DNA of 64,000 nucleotides from Oscillatoriales cyanobacterium (GCA_011390955.1 JAABRM010000001.1:174694-238693); one strand, 5' to 3'; shown: positions 1-11,235, counted from the first letter of the stretch. Program-made: numbers and translations. The notes: generated by a model from the sequence alone, not told the origin.

Positions 1-1358
1 ATAACCCCCAAAAATTGGCAACGGTTTATCATGCTGATTTATGGGGAAAGCGAGAAATTTATCGAGAAATAGAGCAAGGGAAAGAACTGATCGGGGGAAA
101 ATATCACTGGTTAGCGGCAAACGATCTTAATTCTACAGAATGGACAAAGATAGAACCGCAAACCCCTAATTATTTGTTTAAACCCCAAGATACTAATTTG
201 CTTTCGGAATATGAGCCAGGATGGAAAATATCTGAAATAATGATCGTTAATAGTTTAGGATTGACAACAGCTAGAGATCAACTCACCATTCATTGGACTA
301 AAGAGGAAGCTTGGCAAACGGTGAATCAGTTTGCTAATTTATCGGTAGAAGATGCTCGCAATACCTATAACTTAGGTAAAGATAGCAGAGATTGGAAAGT
401 TCATATGGCGCAACAAGACTTAAAGCAATCGGGTCTTGATTCAAATAACTTAGTCCCCATTTTTTATCGACCGTTCGATCTGCGCTACACATACTATACC
501 GGAAAATCCAGAGGGTTTCACTGTATGCCCAGAGGGGAGGTGATGAATCATATTATTGCCGGGGATAATTTAGCGATCGCCACTTTGCGAAGACCTAGAA
601 ATGAAATAGTAGATAACTTTTTTGTTTCTAACAGTATTACGGATAAATGTATTATTTCATCTCTAGATAATGCGAGTATTTTCCCTCTCTACTTATATCC
701 GACAAATCAACCCACTCTTTTCGAGTTAAAGACCTCTAATGCACCAGGGGGACGCTATCCTAACTTGGCAGAAGAATTTACCCAAGACTTCGCGAGTCGC
801 TTAGGATTAGCATTTATCCCTGATGGTAAAGGCGATATCCAAACAACTTTTGGCCCTGAAGATATTTTTCACTATATTTATGCGGTGTTTCACTCTCCCA
901 ACTACCGCGAACGTTACGCCGAATTCCTGAAAATAGACTTTCCTCGCGTTCCCTTAACCTCCCAAATTGGTCTATTTCAAGGATTATGTGAAAAGGGCGA
1001 TCGCTTAGTCAATTTGCATTTAATGAAAGCAACGGGTTATTTACGGGTGACATATCCCGAACCGGGAGATAATCAAGTAGAAAAAATCCTTTATACTGAC
1101 CCGAAAAACAATCAGCCCGGACGAGTTTACCTGAACAAAACTCAATACTTTGAGGGAGTACCTCCAGAAGTTTGGCATTTCTATATCGGTGGCTATCAAG
1201 TTTGTCAGAAATGGCTGAAAGACCGCCAAGGGAAAACCTTAGATTATGACGATTTAACCCATTATCAAAATATTGTCGCGGCTTTGGCAGAAACCATAAC
1301 TTTGATGCAAGAAATTGATGCGCTAATTAACGAATATGGGGGTTTTCCGATTTATTAA
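1..1358 (+). CDS. C-terminal fragment (5'-truncated by window edge) of a large Type ISP/IIG-like restriction-modification enzyme (C-terminal target-recognition/coupler region)
   Basis: Reading frame is open from nt 1 with no upstream stop. The ORF-track start is a TTG at 15. C-terminal motif YIGGYQVCQKWLKDRQGKTLDYDDLTHYQNIVAALAETITLMQEID resembles the conserved tail of Type ISP (LlaGI-like) enzymes. No methyltransferase or helicase motifs are present in this fragment, so the catalytic part must lie upstream of the window. Confidence 0.5.
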   Translation, partial: NPQKLATVYHADLWGKREIYREIEQGKELIGGKYHWLAANDLNSTEWTKIEPQTPNYLFKPQDTNLLSEYEPGWKISEIMIVNSLGLTTARDQLTIHWTKEEAWQTVNQFANLSVEDARNTYNLGKDSRDWKVHMAQQDLKQSGLDSNNLVPIFYRPFDLRYTYYTGKSRGFHCMPRGEVMNHIIAGDNLAIATLRRPRNEIVDNFFVSNSITDKCIISSLDNASIFPLYLYPTNQPTLFELKTSNAPGGRYPNLAEEFTQDFASRLGLAFIPDGKGDIQTTFGPEDIFHYIYAVFHSPNYRERYAEFLKIDFPRVPLTSQIGLFQGLCEKGDRLVNLHLMKATGYLRVTYPEPGDNQVEKILYTDPKNNQPGRVYLNKTQYFEGVPPEVWHFYIGGYQVCQKWLKDRQGKTLDYDDLTHYQNIVAALAETITLMQEIDALINEYGGFPIY

Positions 1359-1391
1359 TAGTATAGTCATTTCAATTTAACGTGCTTGATA

Positions 1392-1453
1392 CAATAATGT
1401 AGGGGCGCTTGGACGTAGCGATGGGCGCAAGCATTGCCACGAAAAAGCCCCTA
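1392..1453. repeat. GTAGGGGC...GCCCCTAC hairpin element (family member) between convergent genes
   Basis: GTAGGGGCGCTTGG...GGGCGCAAGCATTGCC...AAAAAGCCCCTAC. The termini are inverted and there is an internal GCAAGCATTGC palindrome. Same family at 25067, 25240, 32243, 32823, 60404 and 62596. Confidence 0.6.
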
Positions 1454-1511
1454 CGATCGCCCCTGATGCTTTGTCTCAAGTATTATTGAAATAACTATAT
1501 CATGGGAAAAA

Positions 1512-4500
1512 TTAATCGGCTTGAATGGGTAATATAATCGTGAATTCAGCACCATTTCCAGGGGATGAATGACAAATTAGTTGCCCGTGGTGTTTTTCTA
1601 CGATAATTTGGTGGCTAATTGATAAACCTAATCCTTTGCCGCTGCCCACAGGTTTGGTAGTAAAAAATGGTTCAAAAATTTTCTCACATAAGGCTTGTGG
1701 GATGCCAGGGCCATTATCCCGAATTTTGATGGAAATCGAGTCTCGATCGATTTGTTCAGTGGCGACCAAAATTGTTGGCATGGTTACTGTCTGGTTTTCC
1801 GAGTTAATTTTCTGGTTACTGGTTGGAGATGCGGCTAAACTTAAAGCATAGATAGAATTGTCTAGAATATTGAAAAATACTTGATTTAAGTCTCCAGCGT
1901 AACACTGGACTAAAGGCAGTTTGCCATATTGCTTAATTAAGTTAATATTATTTAATCGATGCTGTAAAATCATCAAGGTGCTGTCTAGACCTGTGTGAAT
2001 GTCAATCCGTTTTATTTCCGCTTCGTCTAACCGAGAAAATGTGCGTAGCCCCAGGACTACATCACGAATGCGATCGCTCCCGTTTTTCATAGAAGACAAA
2101 ATTTTGAGCAAGTCTTCACTTAAATATTCCAGGTCAATATCTTCGATTTTTGCTTCAATTTCCGGTGGAACTTTGGGGAAGTTGGTTTGATAAAGGTCTA
2201 AAAGTTCTAACAAGTCTTGGATGTAATCATTGGCTGGGTCTAAATTAGCGGCAATGAAATTAATGGGATTATTAATTTCGTGAGCAATTCCGGCCACCAT
2301 TTGACCGAGAGAAGACATTTTTTCTGTCTGAATGAGTTGAGCTTCAGTTTTTTGCAGTTGCTTCAAAGTGGCTTGTAACTCCTGGGTTCTCTGCTCGACT
2401 TTTTGTTCTAAGTTATTGTTATAATCTTCTAACTGCTGATTGGCATTGGCTAAATTGCTATAGAGACGAGCATTTTCTAAGGAAATCGCGGCTTGAGATG
2501 ATAACAATTGTAAAACTTCTAGGCGATCGCTGGTAAAAGCCCCGGTGGTTAGGTTGTTTTCTAAGTAAAGTAAACCGATCGCCTGTCCTCTGGCACTAAT
2601 CGGAATACATAATACAGACTTGGGTTGGTGCTTGAGAATATAGGTATCATTGGCAAGTATTTCTTCATCAATGGCATTATTGACCACCAAACTTTGCTGC
2701 GTTCTTTGCACATAATTTAAGGCTGACATTGGTACAGTGTCACTCATTTCTTTTGGGCAAGACTGCAACACCCTGATGCGATCGCCATCCACTTCCCCCA
2801 TAACGGCGATCGTCAAGTTATCGTTGTCATTGAGCATGAGAACCCCTTTTTGAGCGCCACTATTTTGTAAAAGAATTGTCATCAATTTTTCCAGCAAATT
2901 ACTCAGGACAATTTCACTGGATATCGCCTGGGCTGCTTTCATCACCGTGGGTAAATCTAGCAGATTTAAACCTGTAGGCGCTGTTGTTCTGGTGCGAGTG
3001 ATTTCAGTGCTTTGACTGGGGGAGATAGCAATTTGTCCCAGTATTTCTGGATATTGAGTTTCCAGTTGTTTAACTTTGGCGATCGCCCCCCAGCGAAGAT
3101 AACCTTGATGGGCTTCGGTTATATAAAAACGTCCCATATTTTCTCGATCGCGAGACAGATGAAATTCCCCGGCTAGTTCATTGGCGAGGGCTTCTTCTTG
3201 GATATAACCTTGCTGACGGGCTCCAGCGATCGCCTTTTCATAATGTGCGATCGCCTGAGTATCTCTCCCCCGGAATTTAGCCCTTTCTGCCTCCACTAAA
3301 TCATACTTATGCTGAAAATTTTCCGGGCAATGTGCAGCCCACAACTTCATTTGTTTTTGATTGGCTGATATGGTTTTCAAGTAGCGTTTTTTGCTCGGTA
3401 CATCAATCCGCTCTAAATTAGCCAACAGTGCCAAAGAATAGTAAAAAATGTGAGCATAGTATTGAAATGATCCTACACCACCTTTTTTATATTTATCGGT
3501 TAATTCGCCAAATTTTACCGCTGCTTCATAAATTTTTAATAAATAAGCCAGTATGGTTTTATAATGATTGATCATAAACAATAAAGTAATGTTATTTGTT
3601 TCCTCAAATAACTGAACAATTTCGGCTTCTTTCTGGCTTGATTCTCCTAAACACAACGGTGATTCTGAAGGATGAATTAAATTAAACACCATTTGATAAC
3701 ATAACTGGCTAAACCAACTATGAAACTCTAGCTTAGATTTTTTAATTAATTCTAAGTAATGCTTTTTTTGAATAATTAATAAATTGAGCGGATGGCCGCT
3801 AAAAAACATATGATTTGTGTGTTGGACAATGCAATAAAAGCCATATTCTAAATCTCCGTCATTCATGCCAATTTCCCAGGCTTTAAACAACGGTGCTATG
3901 GTTTTTTTAATATGCACATGAACGGGAAGTATCAAGACATAAATAATGTCCATCACTTTACAGCGAATTTTCGACTGAGAATCCTGGTATCGCTCCATCA
4001 CAGCGAGGGATACCCGAGCAAATTCATAAGCTTTTTCCAGTTGCCCGTAAAATCCCGACAAAATCATGGCATAATTGACATAAGCATAAGTCGCTAATGG
4101 TGAATTACCGTTAACAACACAAAGCTTAACCATTGTCAAAATCATTAACTCTAAGAGCAAAGAATTCACATGAAAAGCTGCTCCTATAGCACTTTGAAGA
4201 ATTCTTATGGCTGCTAACTGATAAGGATCGGTCATTTCTGGCAAGTTGATTAAATCAGCAGTTGCCGGAAGTCTACTGGATAATTCTTCTTTCAGCAACC
4301 GAGTTTCTTTTAAAATCTGTGATTTACTATGGGGAAATTGAATTTTTAATTGAGCCAAAATATCCTCAGCAGTTTCTAGGGCTTTTTGTGCCTGAGACTG
4401 ATTAACATAGAACTGCATTTTTACTTCATAAATGGGAATAATATCTAAAATTGACTTAGCTTGCGCGATCGCTACTGCCGCTAAAAAATTTCCTCGCTCT

Positions 4501-7013
4501 GGATTTGCACTTAAGTATTCGATTTCCCCCGCTTGCACATAAAGATTTAAAGTTAAATCGTAATAGCGATCCCAGCGATCTGCTTCTAATAAATTTAAGC
4601 CAATATTTAAATAGTTCAAAGCCGCTTTATATGCCGTGGCTGACTTAGCCTTTTTAGCCGCCATGAGATTTAAAGAGGCTAACTCGTATTTTTCTAATGA
4701 ATTTTCTATTAAGTCAATGGCCAAATTTAGTTGATTGACTAAAATAAAAATCTGATTTTTTTGCGTCTCAGGAGGTAAATTTTCCAGCAGCAAACGACCG
4801 ATTTTTAAATGAGTGAGTTGTTTTTCCGATTCAGGAATCAGAGAATAAGCGGCTTGCTGTACTCGGTCATGTAAAAATTTGTAATCAATGTTTAAGCTAT
4901 TTTGGCGATCGCCCAGGATTGTTTCTCGATAATTTTCTGCCCACTGGTGCTCTGGAATTAACGGACTATCACTGTCTAAAAGCATGGGAATTTTATATGC
5001 ATCACTCAAAGGCAGGACTAGCCCCAACTCCAGAGCATTCCACAGCTTTAAAGCGGTTTCAGTGGTTGATTGCTCATTGACAATGGCCAGAATATCTAAA
5101 TTAAACTGGTTGCCAATACAAGCCGCAAACTTTAAAACTTTTTGCGTATCTTCGGGCAGTTTACTTAAGTTACGGGCAATCAGTTGGACGACATTATAAT
5201 CGGTAATGCCAATCCCTTGAATTTTCGCAATATCCCACTGCCATTTTGCTAAAGTTAAGTCATAATTTAATAATTTTTCTGTCGCGAGAGTTTTCAATAT
5301 TTGAGTTAAAAAGAAAGGATTTCCTTGGGTTTTATTCTCAATCAGTAATGCCAACTGACAAATATGGTGATTTTCTGGATCGGCCTTGAGGGTATCCGCA
5401 ATCAATTCGCGAATATGCTGATGAGATAATGGTTTTAATTCAATATTATGAATGAATGTTCCAGAAGCCTTGATGGTTTCCAAGGTTTGCATAGTTAAAT
5501 GCGTGGGACTGACTTCATTTTCTCGATAAGCCCCAATCACAAATAGATATTGATGGTCTGGGTCAGTCATCAAAAATTCGAGTAATTTTAAAGTAGCGGG
5601 GTCTGCCCATTGTAAATCATCTAAAAAAATCACCAAAGGATGTTCGGCTTGACAAAATACATTAATAAATTCTCGAAAAACCCGATGAAATCGATTTTGC
5701 GCTTCATAAATACCCAATTGAGGGACGGGAGGTTGTTCCCCTAAAATGAGTTCAAGTTCGGGAATGACATCAATAATGACTTGAGCATTTTGCTTGAGAC
5801 TACCTAATATTTTTTGTTGCCAATTCTTCAGATTTTGCGAAGTTTCCGTTAACAGTTGTCGAATTAATTGTTGAAAAGCTTGAATAATTGCTGCATAAGG
5901 AATGTTGCTCTCATATTGATCGAATTTACCGGCGATAAAATAGCCTCTGGTTTTGACGATGGGTTTATGAACTTCATAAACTACTGAGGTTTTACCGACC
6001 CCAGAATACCCACTCACAAGCATTATTTCGCTGGTCCCTTTGCTGACTCGTTCAAAGGCATCTAATAGAGTCTGAACTTCTGCTTCTCTTCCGTATAGTT
6101 TTTGCGGGATCAGGAGGACGCTGGCTCGATCGCGCATTCCTGGGGGGAAAGAATTAATCATCCCGGTAGTTTGTAACTCAGATAAACAAGTTTCTAAATC
6201 CGCTTGCAGTCCGGCTGCGGTTTGATATCTATCTTCTGCGGTTTTACTTAAAAGTTTCAGTATAATCGCCGCAGTAGTGGCATCAAGTTCGGGTCGATGT
6301 TGCTGTGGAGAAATCGCTTCAACGGCTAAATGGCAGTGAACCATTTCCATCGGATCCGTGGTGTTAAAAGGCAATTTACCTGTGAATAGTTGATAAAATG
6401 TCACCCCCAAAGAATAGAAATCCGTGCGATAATCTAAAAAACGATTCATTCTGCCCGTTTGTTCTGGGGACATATACGCCAGAGTGCCTTCTAATAAATT
6501 GCCATGACTCAAGTCAGTGTTTTCTCGATCTAGGCGTGAGGCTATACTAAAGTCTGTGAGTTTGACTTCTTTAGTGTCCGGGTTAATAATAATGTTAGAC
6601 GGGTTAATATCTTTGTGAATAATCCGGGCTTGATGTAGCTGTCCGACAATTTTAACCAGGGCGATCGCAATTTCTAACCCTTGCTGAATTGTCACCGATT
6701 GATTGGTCATCCATTCTTGCAAGGATTGTCCGCCAAAATCCTCTAAAATTAACGCATAACTATTTTGGTAGCGTTTCAGTTCATAGGCTTGAACAATTCC
6801 GGGAATATTCACGGAATGCATCAAGGTATATTCTTGTTTGATCCGGGTAATTTCTTCTAAAGTGGGATTGCTAGAGGCTAATGTTTTAATAATCACCGGG
6901 ATTTGACTGCTTTGTTCACTGCTTTGTTGAATTCCTCGATAAATGAGATTTTTTTCATTGGCGCTAATGGCCTCGGTAATCTGATATCCACTTAAAGAAA
7001 TCATTATCGTCAA
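1512..7013 (-). CDS. Multidomain signalling protein: N-terminal Hanks-type Ser/Thr kinase, AAA/P-loop NTPase, long helical/TPR-like region, GAF, then C-terminal histidine kinase (HisKA + HATPase_c)
   Basis: Kinase motifs [30 protein letters not shown]. Walker [11 protein letters not shown]-box [17 protein letters not shown]-lid G-boxes DNGPGIP and [11 protein letters not shown] at the C-terminus. Confidence 0.85.
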   Translation of the reverse strand: MTIMISLSGYQITEAISANEKNLIYRGIQQSSEQSSQIPVIIKTLASSNPTLEEITRIKQEYTLMHSVNIPGIVQAYELKRYQNSYALILEDFGGQSLQEWMTNQSVTIQQGLEIAIALVKIVGQLHQARIIHKDINPSNIIINPDTKEVKLTDFSIASRLDRENTDLSHGNLLEGTLAYMSPEQTGRMNRFLDYRTDFYSLGVTFYQLFTGKLPFNTTDPMEMVHCHLAVEAISPQQHRPELDATTAAIILKLLSKTAEDRYQTAAGLQADLETCLSELQTTGMINSFPPGMRDRASVLLIPQKLYGREAEVQTLLDAFERVSKGTSEIMLVSGYSGVGKTSVVYEVHKPIVKTRGYFIAGKFDQYESNIPYAAIIQAFQQLIRQLLTETSQNLKNWQQKILGSLKQNAQVIIDVIPELELILGEQPPVPQLGIYEAQNRFHRVFREFINVFCQAEHPLVIFLDDLQWADPATLKLLEFLMTDPDHQYLFVIGAYRENEVSPTHLTMQTLETIKASGTFIHNIELKPLSHQHIRELIADTLKADPENHHICQLALLIENKTQGNPFFLTQILKTLATEKLLNYDLTLAKWQWDIAKIQGIGITDYNVVQLIARNLSKLPEDTQKVLKFAACIGNQFNLDILAIVNEQSTTETALKLWNALELGLVLPLSDAYKIPMLLDSDSPLIPEHQWAENYRETILGDRQNSLNIDYKFLHDRVQQAAYSLIPESEKQLTHLKIGRLLLENLPPETQKNQIFILVNQLNLAIDLIENSLEKYELASLNLMAAKKAKSATAYKAALNYLNIGLNLLEADRWDRYYDLTLNLYVQAGEIEYLSANPERGNFLAAVAIAQAKSILDIIPIYEVKMQFYVNQSQAQKALETAEDILAQLKIQFPHSKSQILKETRLLKEELSSRLPATADLINLPEMTDPYQLAAIRILQSAIGAAFHVNSLLLELMILTMVKLCVVNGNSPLATYAYVNYAMILSGFYGQLEKAYEFARVSLAVMERYQDSQSKIRCKVMDIIYVLILPVHVHIKKTIAPLFKAWEIGMNDGDLEYGFYCIVQHTNHMFFSGHPLNLLIIQKKHYLELIKKSKLEFHSWFSQLCYQMVFNLIHPSESPLCLGESSQKEAEIVQLFEETNNITLLFMINHYKTILAYLLKIYEAAVKFGELTDKYKKGGVGSFQYYAHIFYYSLALLANLERIDVPSKKRYLKTISANQKQMKLWAAHCPENFQHKYDLVEAERAKFRGRDTQAIAHYEKAIAGARQQGYIQEEALANELAGEFHLSRDRENMGRFYITEAHQGYLRWGAIAKVKQLETQYPEILGQIAISPSQSTEITRTRTTAPTGLNLLDLPTVMKAAQAISSEIVLSNLLEKLMTILLQNSGAQKGVLMLNDNDNLTIAVMGEVDGDRIRVLQSCPKEMSDTVPMSALNYVQRTQQSLVVNNAIDEEILANDTYILKHQPKSVLCIPISARGQAIGLLYLENNLTTGAFTSDRLEVLQLLSSQAAISLENARLYSNLANANQQLEDYNNNLEQKVEQRTQELQATLKQLQKTEAQLIQTEKMSSLGQMVAGIAHEINNPINFIAANLDPANDYIQDLLELLDLYQTNFPKVPPEIEAKIEDIDLEYLSEDLLKILSSMKNGSDRIRDVVLGLRTFSRLDEAEIKRIDIHTGLDSTLMILQHRLNNINLIKQYGKLPLVQCYAGDLNQVFFNILDNSIYALSLAASPTSNQKINSENQTVTMPTILVATEQIDRDSISIKIRDNGPGIPQALCEKIFEPFFTTKPVGSGKGLGLSISHQIIVEKHHGQLICHSSPGNGAEFTIILPIQAD

Positions 7014-7170
7014 CTCCTGTGAATTGGGGCTAATATTGAGGCTAAGAATTTGTCATCAGGGTAATTTTAGGTTAAATTATGAAATCCAACCACTTTCAGG
7101 CAGTTACTAAGTTATAATACCTTGTATCCTTAAACCATGTTCCATTAGTAAAAAATCTTAATAATTGATC

Positions 7171-7222
7171 CAAGCAACAAGCAACAATCAACAAGCAACA
7201 ATCAACAATCAACCAACAATAA
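7171..7222. repeat. (CAACAA/CAAGCAA)n block immediately upstream of the kinase start codon
   Basis: caagcaacaagcaacaatcaacaagcaacaatcaacaatcaaccaacaataac ends 4 nt before the ATG at 7227. Member of the CAACAA/TTGTTG repeat family also seen at 29796, 45065, 47941 and 58975. Confidence 0.6.
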
Positions 7223-7226
7223 CATT

Positions 7227-9089
7227 ATGGCAGAATTCCCTGATTTTAGCAAATACGGCTATCAAATAAAACGTGAATTGGGTCGCAATGTAGCCGGAGG
7301 ACGGCTGACCTACTTGGCTAACCGGATTTTACCCCAAAATTCATCAGCCAATAACGCCGAAAACTGGGTAGTGATTAAGCAATTTCAGTTTGCCACAACG
7401 AGCGCCAATTGGTCAGATTTTAAAGCCCACGATCGCGAAATTAAAGTTTTGCAAAGCCTCGATCGTCCAGGAATTCCTAAATATTTGGATTCTTTCGAGA
7501 CGCCCACGGGTTTTTGTATGGTGCAGGAGTATAAAGAAGCAAAATCTCTGGGAATATTACGCAGTTTTGAGCCAGAACAGATTAAACAAATTGCCCTAGA
7601 CTTGTTAGGAATTTTAGTTTATTTACAAAGTTTAAACCCGTTGGTGATTCATCGAGATATCAAACCAGAAAATATTTTAGTGGCGGAAAATTCCGCAGGT
7701 TCGCTGAAGGTTTATCTGGTTGATTTTGGCTTTGCTCAAATGGGCGGGGGCGAAGTGGCGATGAGCAGTATGGTGAAAGGCACTCTAGGGTTTATGGCAC
7801 CGGAACAGTTGTTTAATCGCAATCTGACTCCGGCATCGGATCTTTATGGTTTGGGGGCGTCTTTAATTTGTTTGCTGACGGCAACTAAATCGATGGAGGT
7901 GGGTAAGTTATTGGATGAAAACTATCATTTTGAATTTAGAGAATTGCTGCCTAAATTGAGTCGGCGCTGGATTTCTTGGCTGGAAAAAATGGTCGAGCCA
8001 GATCCGAAAAATCGCTATGCAAATGCGGCGGAAGCTTTGGCGGCATTGCAACCAATTTATGTTAACCGAACCCCAGAGGTTAAGCTGAGTCCGTCTCCCA
8101 TTGAGTTAGCCGCGTCCAAGGTTGGGGAAACGTTGCGGGTGCAGGTGCTAATAAAAAATTCTGTGCCAGAAACGTTGCTGACGGGTTGGTGGGAGGTGGC
8201 ACCGCATCCGAACGATCCCCCCCAGCCCCCCTTATTAAAGGGGGAGAACGATCCCCCCCAGCCCCCCTTATTAAGGGGGGAGAACGATCCCCCCCAGCCC
8301 CCCTTATTAAGGGGGGAGAACGATCCCCTCCAGCCCCCCTTATTAAGCCATTCTTGGATTAGTTTTAGTCCGTCAAGATTTGCAGACAATCGCGTGGTTT
8401 GTGAGATTTTGATTAATACGCGGAAGCTGAGAACGGGTCAAGTTTACGATCGCCAATTGTTGTTACATACGAATGGGGTGCCGGAAACTCAGACGGTCAG
8501 CTTGACGGTGCAGACGGCGCCGGTGCCGATCGCGGTGCGAAAATTGCCTCGTCGGTTTTTGGGATTACTGTTTTTGGTGGCTGCCGGTGGTTCGGTGGTG
8601 GCTTTGGAGTCCATGATGACTTTGGTGACGGTGGCGATCGCCGGTTTTGTGACTTGGGCGGGTCTTTCGCGGATTTTGGGCAGTCGAAACCATTGGCTAA
8701 AAGTGCTTGTAGCTTTTTTGACTACAATGGTAGTGGCGGGAATTGCCGGATTTGGGATTGGCGTTGTGCTTGGGGCGACGGCGACCGGGTTGTGGACAAC
8801 GGCGATCGCTGCTGCGGTGACGGTGGCAACAGGGGCAAGCTTGCTGGCAACTGCCACGGGAGTGAGAAAAAATTTCGGTACTGGGTGGGCGATCGCGCTT
8901 TGTTTGCTCACAGCAATTTGCGGCATTACTTTCGGTCTGGGTTTAAAATTACAATTATTAGCCTCTCCCTGGCTGTTAGCAATTGCTACCACTGCCCCGG
9001 TACTCGCTTTAGTCCTAATTTTGCCCGCCAGCGATCGGCGACGCCTTGCCAAATATCGGCAATCGGAGCAACATTTAATTGAATCTTAG
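7227..9089 (+). CDS. Membrane-anchored Hanks-type Ser/Thr protein kinase (N-terminal kinase domain, C-terminal multi-TM hydrophobic domain), paralog A
   Basis: Kinase motifs HRDIKPENILV, VDFGFAQ, GTLGFMAPEQ. The C-terminal ~200 aa is almost entirely hydrophobic helices. The central part contains the in-frame 36-bp tandem repeat. Confidence 0.85.
   Translation: MAEFPDFSKYGYQIKRELGRNVAGGRLTYLANRILPQNSSANNAENWVVIKQFQFATTSANWSDFKAHDREIKVLQSLDRPGIPKYLDSFETPTGFCMVQEYKEAKSLGILRSFEPEQIKQIALDLLGILVYLQSLNPLVIHRDIKPENILVAENSAGSLKVYLVDFGFAQMGGGEVAMSSMVKGTLGFMAPEQLFNRNLTPASDLYGLGASLICLLTATKSMEVGKLLDENYHFEFRELLPKLSRRWISWLEKMVEPDPKNRYANAAEALAALQPIYVNRTPEVKLSPSPIELAASKVGETLRVQVLIKNSVPETLLTGWWEVAPHPNDPPQPPLLKGENDPPQPPLLRGENDPPQPPLLRGENDPLQPPLLSHSWISFSPSRFADNRVVCEILINTRKLRTGQVYDRQLLLHTNGVPETQTVSLTVQTAPVPIAVRKLPRRFLGLLFLVAAGGSVVALESMMTLVTVAIAGFVTWAGLSRILGSRNHWLKVLVAFLTTMVVAGIAGFGIGVVLGATATGLWTTAIAAAVTVATGASLLATATGVRKNFGTGWAIALCLLTAICGITFGLGLKLQLLASPWLLAIATTAPVLALVLILPASDRRRLAKYRQSEQHLIES
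8210..8347 (+). repeat. In-frame 36-bp tandem repeat (3.8 copies), each unit carrying the palindrome CCCCCCTTATTAAGGGGGG
   Basis: Unit GAACGATCCCCCCCAGCCCCCCTTATTAAGGGGGGA starts at 8210, 8246, 8282 and 8318. It is translated as (ENDPPQPPLL[K/R]G)n. Paralog B (9295..11235) has no repeat at the equivalent site (APHPNDPKVKPPGHGW). Confidence 0.9.
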
Positions 9090-9090
9090 T

Positions 9091-9219
9091 TAAGTAGGTG
9101 AAGATAATTAATTGCACTTTTCGTTTCCCTCCGTAAATCCGTGGATTCCCGCCTGCGCGGGAATGACAGTTTTTCTTTTAATGGGGTCTATGGTGCATTT
9201 ATTTCTGCCCACCTACTTA
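9091..9219 (+). mobile_element. MITE-like element copy A (129 bp) with terminal inverted repeats TAAGTAGGTG / CACCTACTTA and an internal hairpin
   Basis: Termini are inverted complements. Internal ATTCCCGCCTGCGCGGGAAT palindrome. No coding capacity. Near-identical copies at 11285..11411 and, reverse-oriented, at 41164..41317. Confidence 0.8.
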
Positions 9220-9294
9220 TTTGTTATTTCTGATTTATTATGCAAATCTGCAAATAACAAATAAAGCATAACCCAAATATACAAGCTATTCATA

Positions 9295-11235
9295 ATGAAC
9301 TTCCCTGATTTTTCCCAACAAGGCTATCAAATTATCGAAGAACTAGGCCATAATCATGCCGGTGGTCGAGTCACTTATTTAGCATCAACTTTAGCATCAA
9401 ATCATCCTGAAGAAAAAGTTGTCATTAAAGAGTTTCAATTTGCCAAAAGTTCGGAAACCTCTTGGGCAGAGTACGACGCTTACCAAAGAGAGATAGAAGT
9501 ATTGCAGGGATTAAATCATCCGGGAATTCCTCGGTATTTAAACTCTTTTGAGACCGCCCAGGGTTTTTGTTTGGTGCAAGAATATAAAAATGCCCAACCT
9601 TTATCCGTTGAAAATGCTTGGATCGCCAAAGATATTAAAAAAATTGCGATCGCGCTATTAGAAATATTAGCCTATTTGCAAAATAGAATACCTCCAGTAT
9701 TTCATCGGGATATCAAGCCAGAAAATATCCTAGTAGATGGCCAACTCAATGTTTATTTAGTCGATTTTGGTTTTGCCCATATTGGTCAGGGAGAAGTAGC
9801 CATGAGTAGCATGGTTAAGGGCACCTTGGGCTTTATGCCACCAGAACAGTTATTTAACCAAGAATTGACCCTGGGTTCAGACCTTTATGGAGTCGGGGCA
9901 ACCCTGATTTGTTTGTTGACTCAGACTAAATCGGTGGATATTGGGAATTTAATTGATGCTTACTATCGGATTAATTTTAAATCTAAAATTCGGCGGATTA
10001 ATCCAGATTTAATTAACTGGCTAGAAAAAATGGTCGAACCGAAACCAAAAGACCGTTTTCCTGATGCTAATACTGCCTTAGAAGCCCTGAAGCCCCTAGA
10101 AGTACGACCAACGGCAAAAGTTAATTGTAGCGCTCAAATTGTTGAAGTCACCGCTCGTGAATTTTCAGAACAACTCACCACTAAAATCGTGATTTCAAAT
10201 CCGATTCGGGGGACAATGCTGGCGGGTCGATTAGCGATCGCGCCCCATCCTAACGACCCAAAAGTAAAACCCCCCGGTCATGGCTGGATTCACATCAGTC
10301 CTCGTCATTTTAAACAGAATCAAGTTCAGTGTAATATTACCATATCTACGAAAAAATTACAAGCAGATTCAACTTATGAACGAGAAATTTTATTAATCAC
10401 CAATGCTAGTAATGAACCGTATAGAATTCCTCTCAGAGTGAATACGGCGTCATTGCCCAAACAAAGTCAGCTACCCTACGGCCATATCGCCACATTATTT
10501 GGCTTGAGTTTTCTTTTATGTTGGCGAATATTATTTGTATTGTGCGGCCATCTGATCTTTTCTTTGATTTTTCATAGTTATGGTTTTTTATTGTTATTAA
10601 TTATCCTAATTGGATGGGCGGTGTTGGCTCAAAAGTTGAGTGAAGAAAAATATGCGACAAACACTGGTGCATGGGCTGGGTTAATTATGTCGGCAGCGAT
10701 CGCATTGGTGACAGGTAATCTTTTTTTAGATATCTTTAATCTAGGTACGGTAATGATGGTATTGGGCAGTTGTTTGGGTGCTCATGCGGGGGGACTTACA
10801 GAAATATTCACTTGGTGGTTTACCAAAACTTCAGCCCCGCACATCGCCAAGGTATTAGCTGGGGCGATCGCCGGTACAATGGCGGCAATTACTGTGTCTT
10901 TATATTACACAAAATATTACATAGAATTACTCCCAGGAGATATCGGAATTTTGTTCTGGTTAATTATGGGAATGTTTGTCAGCGTGTTTGTCGGGGTAGT
11001 GGTCTCTGATTTGATGCTAGAAGATTTTACCCCCCCCTGGGCTGTGACTTTTTCTTTGTTAACTATGGGTCTGGGAATGACAATAGGCATGGTCTCGATC
11101 TGGGGCTGGTGGTCGATGTTATTGCCGGGAATTATTATGGCCGTTTGTTTGGGTAAAATGATTTCTCCCACCACTAAGCGATCGCGCTTAATTAAAACCT
11201 ATCAAAAAAATATATTGCAGTTGATTAAACCCTAG
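9295..11235 (+). CDS. Membrane-anchored Hanks-type Ser/Thr protein kinase, paralog B
   Basis: Kinase domain is collinear with paralog A (HRDIKPENILV, VDFGFAH, GTLGFMPPEQ). Multi-TM C-terminal half. Confidence 0.85.
   Translation: MNFPDFSQQGYQIIEELGHNHAGGRVTYLASTLASNHPEEKVVIKEFQFAKSSETSWAEYDAYQREIEVLQGLNHPGIPRYLNSFETAQGFCLVQEYKNAQPLSVENAWIAKDIKKIAIALLEILAYLQNRIPPVFHRDIKPENILVDGQLNVYLVDFGFAHIGQGEVAMSSMVKGTLGFMPPEQLFNQELTLGSDLYGVGATLICLLTQTKSVDIGNLIDAYYRINFKSKIRRINPDLINWLEKMVEPKPKDRFPDANTALEALKPLEVRPTAKVNCSAQIVEVTAREFSEQLTTKIVISNPIRGTMLAGRLAIAPHPNDPKVKPPGHGWIHISPRHFKQNQVQCNITISTKKLQADSTYEREILLITNASNEPYRIPLRVNTASLPKQSQLPYGHIATLFGLSFLLCWRILFVLCGHLIFSLIFHSYGFLLLLIILIGWAVLAQKLSEEKYATNTGAWAGLIMSAAIALVTGNLFLDIFNLGTVMMVLGSCLGAHAGGLTEIFTWWFTKTSAPHIAKVLAGAIAGTMAAITVSLYYTKYYIELLPGDIGILFWLIMGMFVSVFVGVVVSDLMLEDFTPPWAVTFSLLTMGLGMTIGMVSIWGWWSMLLPGIIMAVCLGKMISPTTKRSRLIKTYQKNILQLIKP

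Noticed and set aside
8057-9082. ORFs 8057..8389(-), 8489..9052(-), 8654..9082(+) inside and antisense to the kinase gene
   Set aside because: They overlap the well-supported kinase CDS. Their products are Gly/Pro/Ala low-complexity mirror images of the repeat and TM-region codons.
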